64,000 nucleotides of DNA from Escherichia phage BF17: the sequence record MW822008.1; one strand, written 5' to 3'. Of this stretch, positions 29,267 to 39,440 are shown piece by piece. The stretch's first letter is position 1; the number at the start of each line of letters is the position of its first letter. The translations under genes were made by a program, and so were the position numbers. The notes beneath the pieces were generated by a model. The model did no database searches, was not told the DNA's origin, and saw nothing but the letters and a program-made list of their open reading frames with translations.

Positions 29267-31930
29267 TTATTGACATGCCTCTAATCTACGTGCCATTAAT
29301 TCAGCACGGCGTGTAGTTTGACGATACCAAGCTGAATTTCGAATTTGAGCAGCAGCTTGCTTGTAGTTACCTTTAGCCATTTCAGATAGCATTGACTTAA
29401 ATTTCATTACACCACCTTTACCCATCTGGAATACCATTTGACATAGAACTTGTTGTGCCATGTAAGGTGTTTTCATCTTATAAGAAGCGTAAATGGATTT
29501 TGCGTCATATATAGCCTTACTACTATCACGCACCAACATATCATTGGCTTCCTGTTCGGTAATCCCACCAGAGAAGTTTTCACCACCAACAATCAAGTGA
29601 CCGTAACCAATAGTTGGGAATCCACGACTATCCAAATATCTCCAAAATTTACCATTGCGGTAATATCCTTTAGCTTGTTGATACGCCATTGTTCCTTCAT
29701 ATTCTTTCAATTCAGAAATAAATTGTGAATCACCCGGAACAACTTTCCAATCAATTGCAGTCTTATCAACATTACCCACATTGTATGATTCTTGTGCAGT
29801 AGGTGCTGGAGTACCCCCTGAACGTTGTGTTCTTCTACGACGAGGGACATGACGAGAACCACGTTGAGAATACCCAGTACCGATAGTTTTAATTTTAGTT
29901 GTTACAACTAATTCATCACTATCAACAGAAGGTTGAACAACAGCTTTCGGTGCTGCTTGGTTCGTTGCTTGTCCTGCAATTAATGTTTTATTTCCCGCTT
30001 CAGAACCTGTACCAGTCTGGGATGCATAGAATAATCCAGGGTCAACTGAACCACTAAATCCTAGTACGTTGGCAGAGGTAACTCTTATTTCAAATTGAAT
30101 AACACCATTAGCTTTACCGATAACTTGACCTTTTTGAACAACGTCTTTATTGAGCAAATCTGATTGAATATTATAAAATACAGATTTATATCCAGACTTA
30201 TGTTGAACCAATAAAGCACCATTAGTGATAACAACTACACCGCCATCTGGAGCTACAACATCACCCTTGCACTGTATTTCCCAGCCACTTCTATCAGCTT
30301 TACCACCACCACTTGTCGGGACACCTTTCCCCCAATAACCGTATTGGCGAATGGTTCCACTACACGGCATGAACATATGAAGACCTTCATACGTAATGCT
30401 ATAACCAGTCATACCAGGATCAGAAGTCATTAAATCTTGTGTTTGAACTTGTTCTGTTTCTGTTGTATAATTTACATATTGAATTGCTTCAGTGTCCTGT
30501 ACTGGAGCTAAAGTTGGAGCTACATCATTAGCAGGTTCAGGTTGAACTGGGGATTCACTATTCCCACTACCACCACCTTGACGTGGAGGTTCAACAGTAC
30601 TGCCGTGATTCTCAGCATCAACCCAAGCCGATATATCATGTATATGATCATTCAAGCCAGCAGATGGGGTGCGGAAGTTTGGTGCATTAAATTCAGCAGT
30701 ACCACTATTACCACCACTGTTAACAGTAAGAGTTTGACCACCACCACTAATAATAGCTGATGAAGAACCAATAAGATTAGCACTGGTAGCAGCAGAGATT
30801 GACGCATTAGAACCAGCAGTTATATCAGTACTGCTACCACTTTGCATACGTAATGAAGCTGCTGTTACTAAACGTAAATCTGCTCCAGCGTTAATAACAA
30901 CCTGACCACCAACTTTAGCATCCAATGCACCAACCAAATCTAGTTTAGTGTTTGCACCAACACGAGCATTGAAGTCTGCTCCACTTTCAATATTATATGA
31001 GCGTCCAGCAACCATGTTAATATCTTGACCTGCACGAATGTTAATATTCTTATCACAGTGCATTTCAATATCACCTTCACCAGTGAATTTAATACGTGCA
31101 GTACCATCACGGTTAATTAAAAGAACATCACCAGAGGCTTCAGATAACAACAACTGTGCACCACTACGTGTTTTAATTACAACGCCTTCATTTTTACGAG
31201 AACCAACACGAGTATCGTTCACTGGGTTATTGAATTGGGTATCCTGATAACCATCTGGATCTTGATCCCATGTAGGTGCTGTTAATTCTTCTTCTGTGTA
31301 ACCATCATCAATAATAAAACTGTTACCACGAGGTGAGGAAAGACCATAAACAGTACTGGTGGTCTGGCGAGTACTGCTACGGTTAGCAACACCCGCTTCC
31401 TCATCATAAAGTAAGTTTTGTTTTTTCAGACCTGCAATAATTGGAACGTTTGCATATTTGTCTTGAGTACTGGTAGAAATTGTATTACGGTCATAATCAG
31501 TTACGGGTAATGGCATATCAGTACCAGCATAGTTGCTTATTTCAGTAGCCATCCCAGGAACCATCGTATTCATACGTTGGTCATAAACACAACCAATCCA
31601 ATACGCTTGGAATGTTCTTGCTTGTGCAAATATAACAACAACAGTACATCCGACATCAGGTGGAACCGCCCAAAAACCATATCCCTTTGGATATTGACCA
31701 TAAGCATCAGCACTTGGTATCCCTGGAGTTTTGCCAGCGAATGGAGACATGTATGATGCTTCAATCCATGACTCTTTTGAATTTTTATCACTTTGTGAAC
31801 CTTGAATCCACACTTTTAGCTTACCGGATTTAGTTGGGTCACGGTTATCCATCACGGTTGCTAGTTGTGGGTACGAAGGGTCAAAACGACCCAACTGTTG
31901 TTGGGCATATTTCTTACTTGTATCTGCCAT
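29267..31930 (-). CDS. Baseplate central spike, gp5-like (OB-fold, beta-helix, M23-like domain, C-terminal T4-lysozyme domain), 887 aa
   Basis: N-terminus GKLKVWIQGSQSDKNSKESWIEASYMSPFAG resembles the gp5/VgrG OB-fold; repetitive beta-helix stretch; C-terminal ~160 aa (EYEGTMAY...PTIGYGH...MVFQMG) is a GH24 lysozyme paralogous to the downstream endolysin; RBS AAGGAA. Confidence 0.8.
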   Translation of the reverse strand: MADTSKKYAQQQLGRFDPSYPQLATVMDNRDPTKSGKLKVWIQGSQSDKNSKESWIEASYMSPFAGKTPGIPSADAYGQYPKGYGFWAVPPDVGCTVVVIFAQARTFQAYWIGCVYDQRMNTMVPGMATEISNYAGTDMPLPVTDYDRNTISTSTQDKYANVPIIAGLKKQNLLYDEEAGVANRSSTRQTTSTVYGLSSPRGNSFIIDDGYTEEELTAPTWDQDPDGYQDTQFNNPVNDTRVGSRKNEGVVIKTRSGAQLLLSEASGDVLLINRDGTARIKFTGEGDIEMHCDKNINIRAGQDINMVAGRSYNIESGADFNARVGANTKLDLVGALDAKVGGQVVINAGADLRLVTAASLRMQSGSSTDITAGSNASISAATSANLIGSSSAIISGGGQTLTVNSGGNSGTAEFNAPNFRTPSAGLNDHIHDISAWVDAENHGSTVEPPRQGGGSGNSESPVQPEPANDVAPTLAPVQDTEAIQYVNYTTETEQVQTQDLMTSDPGMTGYSITYEGLHMFMPCSGTIRQYGYWGKGVPTSGGGKADRSGWEIQCKGDVVAPDGGVVVITNGALLVQHKSGYKSVFYNIQSDLLNKDVVQKGQVIGKANGVIQFEIRVTSANVLGFSGSVDPGLFYASQTGTGSEAGNKTLIAGQATNQAAPKAVVQPSVDSDELVVTTKIKTIGTGYSQRGSRHVPRRRRTQRSGGTPAPTAQESYNVGNVDKTAIDWKVVPGDSQFISELKEYEGTMAYQQAKGYYRNGKFWRYLDSRGFPTIGYGHLIVGGENFSGGITEQEANDMLVRDSSKAIYDAKSIYASYKMKTPYMAQQVLCQMVFQMGKGGVMKFKSMLSEMAKGNYKQAAAQIRNSAWYRQTTRRAELMARRLEACQ

Positions 31931-31943
31931 CTTAAATTATTCC

Positions 31944-34199
31944 TTATTCAATTATACTATCGTGACGTTTGAGTGCACGAATTACAATTGCAGCCTGAAT
32001 TTGTTGTGTAAATGAACCACCTGCACCAAAATCATGAACAATTTTGTTTACACGATAAACAGTTTGGTTAAATGTAGTTGGGGTATTAATATCAAGAACA
32101 CCAGTGTTATCATTTATAGAAACTACAGGTTGTAATTTCAATAAAAGATATGCTTCAGATGTAATGTAGTTTGCTACATGGTAATCTTCTGGATTAATTT
32201 CCATATCTTCTCCATTAATTACCTGTTCAAGATATTGGATATATGAATAATCACTCCAACCTAACCAATATGGGTCACCAACTACACGCATATCCAATTT
32301 ACACAAGAATGGACGATTGTAATAGTTGTCACGAATTTTACGGCGGTCCATTTCATATGTACTACTGTTATCGTTCAATGATGCAGATAATGTTGTTTCA
32401 TTATTGGTTGCTTCAGTTGGCATTGTGAATACTTCACCATATCGATGACCAATTCCATCGGTTCCACCGTCATTTTCTTCATATGTGGTTACATAATCTT
32501 CAATATACTGTGGTAGAACGTTTACTTGATAGTTATTATAACGATCCTGTTCTTCAGCATTACCAACCTGCATTTGTTCTCTTGCTAAAGTTTCTACTCG
32601 ATTTAAAAGTTGCTCTTGTGCCTGTGTTAATATACCACCAAGATCACGTGTGACGCGTAAATCACTTGTTTTTGCCCACGCATCTGGTATACTGTTGTAC
32701 TGAACACCTTGGATATTCAATTCTTGTGATGTGTGTGTACCAGCATGGTTCGCAACGTCCTGTATTGGACCAGGGTTACGAGTTGTAGCTACAAAGAATT
32801 GCTGATCAAACTTCAAATCAAGGTCTAGAATCTCACTATTGAGTCCACTAAACTGATAATTGTAAGTTTTCATGTTAATCTTTGGTTTTTGGTCATTTGG
32901 GTCTACATATTTCTCGGCATTTTCAAAGAAATACTCAAATGTAAAGTTTTCTGGCTGTAAATCGGATTCATGAACAATATCACCAATTTTAAAACGAACT
33001 ATATAGAAAACAACTTTATAAACTGACGTGTTTCGGTAATTATCAAATCCAACATACTGTTTAAGTGGGATTATATTAACAAATTGACGAACACTAGTAC
33101 TATCATCAGCCTGTACAGTACAGGTATCTATTACGTCATCGATAATTCGAGAAATTGGAGTACTTGGATTCCATGAAAAGTTTTTAGAACCCTGTGCACC
33201 ACTTTTTGTAGCTCCAGCTTCTGCCATCTGTTTAGAATCATAGTTTATAAACAAATCCTGTAAATCTGGTGCAACTTTAAATTCAAAGAACTTCCCTTCT
33301 GCTAACTCACCAAATTTATAACGCAAATAACCATATTGCTGGTCTGCCATTTGATTCAATTTATCTTCCAAATCAAAACAAAAATCACCAAAGTTTTCTG
33401 CTGTGCAGTTAAATGGTTCTTTAAGAGTCCATTCCACATTATCCACTAGAGCCGCACGGTTATGAACAAGACTCATAGAATACATCATAGTACTACCACT
33501 TTGTGATGCACTAGCGGTAACACTGTTAATCTTCACGGACCATCTACGAGTTGTTTCTGGTATAGTTTCAGGTACACCATTAGTATTGAATCCAATAAAT
33601 TTCAATTCTAATATCAAAGGTAAGTCCATGAACTTATGATACCTTAGTTTATTACTTAAAGAAATTAGTTCATCATATAAACTCATACTATTGTTTTCTG
33701 AAAGGTTCAGTACTGCTGTGTTGAAGCAATAGTTGGTTGTCATCCCTGGAGTTGAAGGACCAGCTTGCGTCATCTGAACACTTGTGATATTATACTTTCC
33801 AGTTACACCACTTTCAGAGATGACATGACGTTGAACTTCAGCATCTGGGTAAAGCCAGAAGTTTTTGAAATCATCCTTGTCTAATGCGAAAAGGGAAAAG
33901 TGCCAAGTTGGATTGTCATACTTTAACAATTTATTGTCATAAGGAATAACAAACTCACTTAGATCCAAGTCTTCATACACTTGGTCAACGCTTGCACTTT
34001 GCTTTGGTAAAGACTGTACGTTACTAACCTTAGCTTTAAAATTGTTTTTTACTTTTTCAAGATCATTTTGCAAAGTATTAGCAGTGGCTTTTAAGCTTTC
34101 AATAGTACTTGTTGCAGTTTCTTTTGCTGCCTTTGCAGAACTTGTGATGTTTGAAATATCATTTTTAAAATTATCAACAGAACTTTGTAAATCTGCCAT
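31944..34199 (-). CDS. Baseplate-associated protein (751 aa) with N-terminal coiled coil; role unknown (hub, tube initiator or tape-measure-like)
   Basis: Directly upstream of the spike gene in the same operon; RBS GGAG; no catalytic motif recognised. Confidence 0.5.
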   Translation of the reverse strand: MADLQSSVDNFKNDISNITSSAKAAKETATSTIESLKATANTLQNDLEKVKNNFKAKVSNVQSLPKQSASVDQVYEDLDLSEFVIPYDNKLLKYDNPTWHFSLFALDKDDFKNFWLYPDAEVQRHVISESGVTGKYNITSVQMTQAGPSTPGMTTNYCFNTAVLNLSENNSMSLYDELISLSNKLRYHKFMDLPLILELKFIGFNTNGVPETIPETTRRWSVKINSVTASASQSGSTMMYSMSLVHNRAALVDNVEWTLKEPFNCTAENFGDFCFDLEDKLNQMADQQYGYLRYKFGELAEGKFFEFKVAPDLQDLFINYDSKQMAEAGATKSGAQGSKNFSWNPSTPISRIIDDVIDTCTVQADDSTSVRQFVNIIPLKQYVGFDNYRNTSVYKVVFYIVRFKIGDIVHESDLQPENFTFEYFFENAEKYVDPNDQKPKINMKTYNYQFSGLNSEILDLDLKFDQQFFVATTRNPGPIQDVANHAGTHTSQELNIQGVQYNSIPDAWAKTSDLRVTRDLGGILTQAQEQLLNRVETLAREQMQVGNAEEQDRYNNYQVNVLPQYIEDYVTTYEENDGGTDGIGHRYGEVFTMPTEATNNETTLSASLNDNSSTYEMDRRKIRDNYYNRPFLCKLDMRVVGDPYWLGWSDYSYIQYLEQVINGEDMEINPEDYHVANYITSEAYLLLKLQPVVSINDNTGVLDINTPTTFNQTVYRVNKIVHDFGAGGSFTQQIQAAIVIRALKRHDSIIE

Positions 34200-34210
34200 A
34201 CTTTACTCCA

Positions 34211-34525
34211 TTAACCTATGTTACGAGTACCGTTCAAATAGTTTTGCACTCGTTGATTTGAGGGAACACGAATTGTGATACCACTATTAAAATTGTATAT
34301 TGGGTCTTCTCCTAATATATCAGGATTCAATAGGGCAAATACATAATACAGACGTTCATTACCATACATTTCGTATGCTAAACGCCAAGGTTGATGCTCA
34401 TACTTCAATGGAATTACATAGAAGTCGTCAGTATCAGCAGGAACCATATCACGTGGTAAATTGTAACCAAGATACCACGTTTGTTTAACCTTTGCATAAG
34501 GAGAGTATTGACTATAATTGGACAT
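34211..34525 (-). CDS. Hypothetical protein (104 aa), baseplate operon
   Basis: RBS GGAGGA; 1-nt overlap with the upstream gene stop. Confidence 0.5.
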   Translation of the reverse strand: MSNYSQYSPYAKVKQTWYLGYNLPRDMVPADTDDFYVIPLKYEHQPWRLAYEMYGNERLYYVFALLNPDILGEDPIYNFNSGITIRVPSNQRVQNYLNGTRNIG

Positions 34526-35256
34526 TAGATAAATCCTCCATTACGTAATAGTTCACCACGCTTAAATGCATTTAGGTTGAACTTTTTAGTCATGTAATCA
34601 GATGTTGGTTGTTCTTCAAGTTGAAGCATTACAGATATTTTCTGTGGAACCCATACCTCATCTTGTGGATTCATATATCCAGTACTTCTAAGCTGTTCGA
34701 AGAATTGACGACTATCCATATCAGATAAATTAAAAGTACTATCACTACTATTCAATGGAACCTGAATATAAGAAACATCATTTGGATATGTAAAATTATA
34801 TGCTTTCAAAATAACAGGAATATCATTATATGTATAACGACCATACCCACTTAATAGTAAAATTGGCGGTGGTGCACCTGCAATTGCTAGTTCGGGATTA
34901 TTAGCAGATGCTGCTTGACGACCAAAGTCCATTAAGGACACGGAACGAATAAAATGAACACAAGCCAATGCATACATTGCTTCAGCAGCAGTGTTTGCAT
35001 AAAACTCACCTTGGATAGTGAAAATTGTGTTTGTTGTATTCTTGTAGTTGTTGTAGTTACTGTTAGTATGTATAGGGGACTGTGTTTCATATTGAACCGA
35101 CCTTTGTTCAGTTACAGTTGGGGTTACAGTCCAAACCAAACCATTTGTTGGACGCAGAAACGATAGCAATGTTGGCTCTGAACTGTTGCCAAAATCACCA
35201 TACACATAGTTAGCACCTGCGGTTTTAGGTCTTAATCGGATTCTACGATCAATCAT
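34525..35256 (-). CDS. Hypothetical structural protein (~243 aa; ORF track start 35346 rejected)
   Basis: ATG at 35254-35256 with RBS GGAGA 10 nt upstream; the longer ORF-track start would run through the divergent promoter region. Confidence 0.5.
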   Translation of the reverse strand: MIDRRIRLRPKTAGANYVYGDFGNSSEPTLLSFLRPTNGLVWTVTPTVTEQRSVQYETQSPIHTNSNYNNYKNTTNTIFTIQGEFYANTAAEAMYALACVHFIRSVSLMDFGRQAASANNPELAIAGAPPPILLLSGYGRYTYNDIPVILKAYNFTYPNDVSYIQVPLNSSDSTFNLSDMDSRQFFEQLRSTGYMNPQDEVWVPQKISVMLQLEEQPTSDYMTKKFNLNAFKRGELLRNGGFI

Positions 35257-35291
35257 CTTTTTGATTCTCCATAAGAAGGGAACATTTGATG

Positions 35292-35299
35292 TATTTATA
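35292..35299 (-). promoter_or_regulatory. T4-type late promoter TATAAATA (minus strand) for the baseplate operon
   Basis: Exact TATAAATA in the minus orientation ~36 nt upstream of ATG 35256. Confidence 0.45.
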
Positions 35300-35301
35300 C
35301 G

Positions 35302-35330
35302 TGGGACAAAGACGTTTTTGGTGCTATAAT
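35302..35330 (+). promoter_or_regulatory. Sigma70-type early promoter for the gp55-like gene
   Basis: TGGGAC, 17-bp spacer, TGcTATAAT; shares the TTTGGTGCTATAAT core with the promoter at 40008-40037. Confidence 0.5.
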
Positions 35331-35387
35331 AACATTGATGGTACAAGGAATGTACCTATTGGATTTAAAACATGGAGAGTTGAAATA

Positions 35388-36227
35388 ATGACAAATAGGC
35401 CGAAGCGTAAAAAGTATCTTAACAATGCTGATTTACTTCGTGAGATACAAAAAAGTAAAATCTCATATTGCTGGTTACTAGATAAGTGCTACAGTATGTA
35501 CGATTATATCGTTTTTGATGAATCCGAAATTACAGCAGAACTTTTAGATAAAGCTAAAGCAGCACGTATTAAACGTCTCAACAATGAAATGCTTGATGCA
35601 ATTCGTGAAAAAGAAGGTATGAGTGCGAAGAAAGCGAAGGAATACGCAGATGAGCACAATTTAGTACTAACTGATGTACCTATCGATGAGGTGGTTATTC
35701 GTGTAATTACCGATGAACATATCCCAGCAGATACAAGAGTAAATTTTGAACCATTCAAACATTACATTGTAGATGAAGAAGGTATTCTGTACGAAGTTGT
35801 TCGTTCTCACTGGAAAGGTGATCTTGAAGACGGAGAATTCAGTACTGTTCATGGTAAAATCACTAATGAACTAGGTAAAATGTTCATTAAACTGGCAGAG
35901 GAAATCTCACACAAATCCAACTATAGAAACTATACATATTTGGATGAAATGATGGGTGATGCCAGAATACAATTAGTTAAAAACGCACTTCTCTTTAAAG
36001 AGAGTATTCTTTACAAAAAAGATAAACCAGCAGTACAGTTGAATCCTTTCTCTTACTATACTTCGTTCGTTAACAATAGTTTCCGTTCGATTCTTAATAG
36101 TGAGAAAAATGTTCGTAACATCCGAGACGATTTACTTGAGATGCATGGTTTTACACCATCACACACTCGTCAAATCGAAATTGAAATGAACATGATTGAA
36201 AGGAAAAACGAAGATGGCTCTATTTGA
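35388..36227 (+). CDS. 55: Late-transcription sigma factor, gp55-like, with a ~100-aa insertion (279 aa)
   Basis: Start at ATG 35388 (RBS GGAGAG). Blocks KYLNNADLLREIQ, SNYRNYTYLDEMMGDARIQLVKNALLF and FSYYTSFVNNSFRSI match T4 gp55 as I recall it; placed before gp47/gp46 as in T4. Confidence 0.6.
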   Translation: MTNRPKRKKYLNNADLLREIQKSKISYCWLLDKCYSMYDYIVFDESEITAELLDKAKAARIKRLNNEMLDAIREKEGMSAKKAKEYADEHNLVLTDVPIDEVVIRVITDEHIPADTRVNFEPFKHYIVDEEGILYEVVRSHWKGDLEDGEFSTVHGKITNELGKMFIKLAEEISHKSNYRNYTYLDEMMGDARIQLVKNALLFKESILYKKDKPAVQLNPFSYYTSFVNNSFRSILNSEKNVRNIRDDLLEMHGFTPSHTRQIEIEMNMIERKNEDGSI

Positions 36228-37245
36228 TAAAGCAATTACATTTACTGATATTCATTTAGGATTAAAGAATAACAGCAAGCAGCACAACGAAGATTGTTTG
36301 AACTTCATCAAGTTTATGATTGAACTTGCTAAGAAAAATGGTATTACTGTATGCGTGTTTATGGGAGATTACTTCCATAACCGCAGTAATATTAACATTC
36401 AAACATTAAACTATGGTTTACAAATTCTACAATTACTAAATGACAACTTTGATAAGGTTTACTTCTTAGTTGGGAACCATGACATGTATCATAAAAATAA
36501 ACGTGACATTACTAGTATTAATATGGCACAAGTTTATGAGAACATCGAGTTCATTAATGAAATCACAACATTTGATGATTGTACTTTCATTCCATTTATG
36601 ATTGAAGATGAATACAAAGTTCTACCTCAACTTAAAAGTAAGTATGTTTTTGGTCACTTAGAGTTACCTGGATACTTGCTCAATAAAATGGTTGAGATGC
36701 CAGATCATGGTAAAGAGACTGAAGGTTCTTTTGGTGGTTGTGAGTATGTTTTTAGTGGACATTTCCATAAGAGACAAGCAAAAACAACATCAAAAGGAAC
36801 TCGTGTAATTTACACAGGTAACTGTTTCCCACATAACTTTTCTGATACTTGGGATGATGCAAGAGGTGTGATGATTTTAGAACATGGCAAAGAACCAACT
36901 TTCCATTCTTGGTCAGAAGCACCAAAATATAGAACATTTACACTTTCAGAACTATTAACAGATCCAAGTTATTATCTTCAAGACAATACTATTTCAAAGG
37001 TTCAAGTTGATATTGCTATCACTACTGATGAGATTAGTTTTATTCGTGATACTTTTACTAAACTTTATAACATTCGTGAGTTTAACGTTGTTACTAGCAA
37101 GCAAAGTATCAAAGAACTTATTGAAGATGGTGAAAGCTTTGAAAGTACTGAGTCAGTTGATGAGATTGTGTTACAACAAATCATGGAAATTGATTCACCT
37201 ATGTTCGATAAAAATCTTCTAATCCAAATTTACAGATCACTATAA
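36214..37245 (+). CDS. 47: Recombination nuclease subunit, gp47 / SbcD / Mre11-like
   Basis: Calcineurin-like phosphoesterase motifs DIHLG, GDYFH, GNHDM, GHLE, SGHFH; start ATG 36214 with RBS AAAGGAAAAA. Confidence 0.85.
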   Translation: MALFDKAITFTDIHLGLKNNSKQHNEDCLNFIKFMIELAKKNGITVCVFMGDYFHNRSNINIQTLNYGLQILQLLNDNFDKVYFLVGNHDMYHKNKRDITSINMAQVYENIEFINEITTFDDCTFIPFMIEDEYKVLPQLKSKYVFGHLELPGYLLNKMVEMPDHGKETEGSFGGCEYVFSGHFHKRQAKTTSKGTRVIYTGNCFPHNFSDTWDDARGVMILEHGKEPTFHSWSEAPKYRTFTLSELLTDPSYYLQDNTISKVQVDIAITTDEISFIRDTFTKLYNIREFNVVTSKQSIKELIEDGESFESTESVDEIVLQQIMEIDSPMFDKNLLIQIYRSL

Positions 37246-37257
37246 GGGAAATTTATT

Positions 37258-39405
37258 GTGCTAAACATTACACGTATATCAATGAGGAACTTCTTTTCAT
37301 TTGGCAATGCACCACAAGTAATTGATTTGTCTGGTGCTGATATATCGTTAGTTCTTGGTCAAAACAATGATGCAGTTATTGAAGGTGGTGATAGTTCCGG
37401 TCGCCGTAATGGTGTTGGTAAAAGTGCCATAATTCAAGGTTTAGTTTTTGGTTTGTTTGGAAAAAGTATTGGTAACGATATCAAAATTCCAAACTTAGTT
37501 AATAAAACTAATGCTAAAAACTGTGAAGTATCTGTTGAGTTCGAGAAAGATGGTGTACAATATCTCGTCGAGCGTGGGAGAAGTCCCACGTATTTCAACT
37601 TTATTACATTAGGTAAAGATAATAAGGTCGAAGATGAGTCAAGAGGGGAGAAGAAAGATACACAAGAAGATCTAAACGAGATTCTTGGGATTTCTCAACT
37701 ACTATTTGAACATATTGTAGTACTTAATGCTAACGTAGAGCCGTTTCTTGCATTATCATCACAGAAACAACGTGATATGATTGAGGAACTTCTGGGTATC
37801 ACACAATTAACAGAGAAAGCTGAACTATTAAAGGATATGTATAAAGATTCTAAACGTTTAGCTGAACAAGAAAAGTTCAAAATTGAAACTGTGGCTGCAA
37901 GTAATGAACGTATTCAAAAAAGTATTGAATCATTACAAGAACAAGCTAACCAATTTGAGATTGATAAAAATAATAGAGTATCTAAGTTGACTGAAGAATT
38001 GAATATCTACAAAACTTTAGACTTCAACGATCTCTATGATTTGGCAGAAGTGAAAGAGAAAGCTCTTATTCATAATGCTGCTCGTGATCAAATAGAAAGA
38101 CGTGTACAAGAGTTAGCTTTGAAGTATGATGCATATGACCGTGAACTGGCAACAGCAAAATTAGCATTAAATGTAAGTATTGATAAGCTAAAAACTATTG
38201 ATATCAGTACTGAATTAGAAAATCACAATGAGTTGGAGATATGGAAACAGTTGGAGGGTATTCTAAAAGAGAATAATAACCAAAAACGTTTCAAAGAACA
38301 AAAACTTAACGCATTAAAGGTGGCGTTAAATGGACATGATAGTTCTTTACGTGCTGAGGTGGACAAATTAGCAACAGTGGAGAGTAGTAAATGTCCACTT
38401 TGTATGTCCGAATTAGAACATAATGAACATACTTCGTCTATTAAAGATAAAATTCAAAATACTATTAATGAACTTCAATCTAAAATTGATAGTTCCACTT
38501 CTGAAATTGAAACATTACTTCAGGAAATTGATAGTATTGAGATTTTTGATATGCCACCTAAGCCTGTGACATTCTATTCTACACTAACTGAAGCACAAAT
38601 GCATGAGCATAAGCTTCAAGAACTTATTAAAAAGAGTGAAGAAGAGCAAATTAACATCTATGCTAATGAACTTATGTCATCATATGAAGAACTGAACGCA
38701 CATGTTCTTCAAGAAGTACCAGATACATTGAATAAATCTGAAGTAAAAGAGTTAGAAATGACTGTAACTTCATTATCACAGCAATTAGATCGTGAATTGA
38801 AAACTACTAACACATTTATTGGACAAATTAATACACTTACGACCGATTCATTAGTACCAATCGACTATAGTGACTATAATAACCTTGATAAGATGGCAAA
38901 TCACCAAGATTTCTTGGTTAAATTGTTGTTAAACAAGGATTCTTATGTCCGTAAGCGTATTATTGAACAAAACATTTCGTATCTGAATACACGTCTTCAA
39001 TATTACATTGATATGTGTGGTTCTGAACATAATGTTGTGTTCTTGAATGATTTGAGTGTAGAAATTGAGAAAAGTGGTCAGTACTTTGACTATAAACAGC
39101 TTAGTCGTGGTGAGCGTACAAGGGTAAACATTGCTTTATCTTGTGCTTTCCGTGATACATATGAGTCATTGTATCAAAGTATCAATATTCTTATCATTGA
39201 TGAGATGATTGACCAAGGTCTTGATTCAAGTGGTGTTCTTCGCGTGTGGTCTATCTTCCAAGATATGGCTGCTGTGCGTGGTAAGAATGTATATGCCATT
39301 TCTCACAGAGAAGAATTGCTTTCTAAGACTGAGAAAATCCTAAAAGTAGTTAAAGAGGATGGTTTCAGTACTGTTGAGTATACAACTCTTGATGATGTAT
39401 TCTAA
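37258..39405 (+). CDS. 46: Recombination ATPase subunit, gp46 / SbcC / Rad50-like
   Basis: N-terminal P-loop GRRNGVGKS, long coiled coil with central zinc hook CPLC, C-terminal signature QLSRGE and Walker B ILIIDE; apparent GTG start with RBS AAGGGAAA. Confidence 0.85.
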   Translation: MLNITRISMRNFFSFGNAPQVIDLSGADISLVLGQNNDAVIEGGDSSGRRNGVGKSAIIQGLVFGLFGKSIGNDIKIPNLVNKTNAKNCEVSVEFEKDGVQYLVERGRSPTYFNFITLGKDNKVEDESRGEKKDTQEDLNEILGISQLLFEHIVVLNANVEPFLALSSQKQRDMIEELLGITQLTEKAELLKDMYKDSKRLAEQEKFKIETVAASNERIQKSIESLQEQANQFEIDKNNRVSKLTEELNIYKTLDFNDLYDLAEVKEKALIHNAARDQIERRVQELALKYDAYDRELATAKLALNVSIDKLKTIDISTELENHNELEIWKQLEGILKENNNQKRFKEQKLNALKVALNGHDSSLRAEVDKLATVESSKCPLCMSELEHNEHTSSIKDKIQNTINELQSKIDSSTSEIETLLQEIDSIEIFDMPPKPVTFYSTLTEAQMHEHKLQELIKKSEEEQINIYANELMSSYEELNAHVLQEVPDTLNKSEVKELEMTVTSLSQQLDRELKTTNTFIGQINTLTTDSLVPIDYSDYNNLDKMANHQDFLVKLLLNKDSYVRKRIIEQNISYLNTRLQYYIDMCGSEHNVVFLNDLSVEIEKSGQYFDYKQLSRGERTRVNIALSCAFRDTYESLYQSINILIIDEMIDQGLDSSGVLRVWSIFQDMAAVRGKNVYAISHREELLSKTEKILKVVKEDGFSTVEYTTLDDVF

Positions 39406-39414
39406 TTAAAAGGA

Positions 39415-39440
39415 AAGGGAGCCTTAGCTCCCTTTTTTTA
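39415..39440. terminator. Bidirectional intrinsic terminator
   Basis: aaagg-GGGAGC-ctta-GCTCCC-tttttttat where gp46 (+) and the endo VII-like gene (-) converge. Confidence 0.7.
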
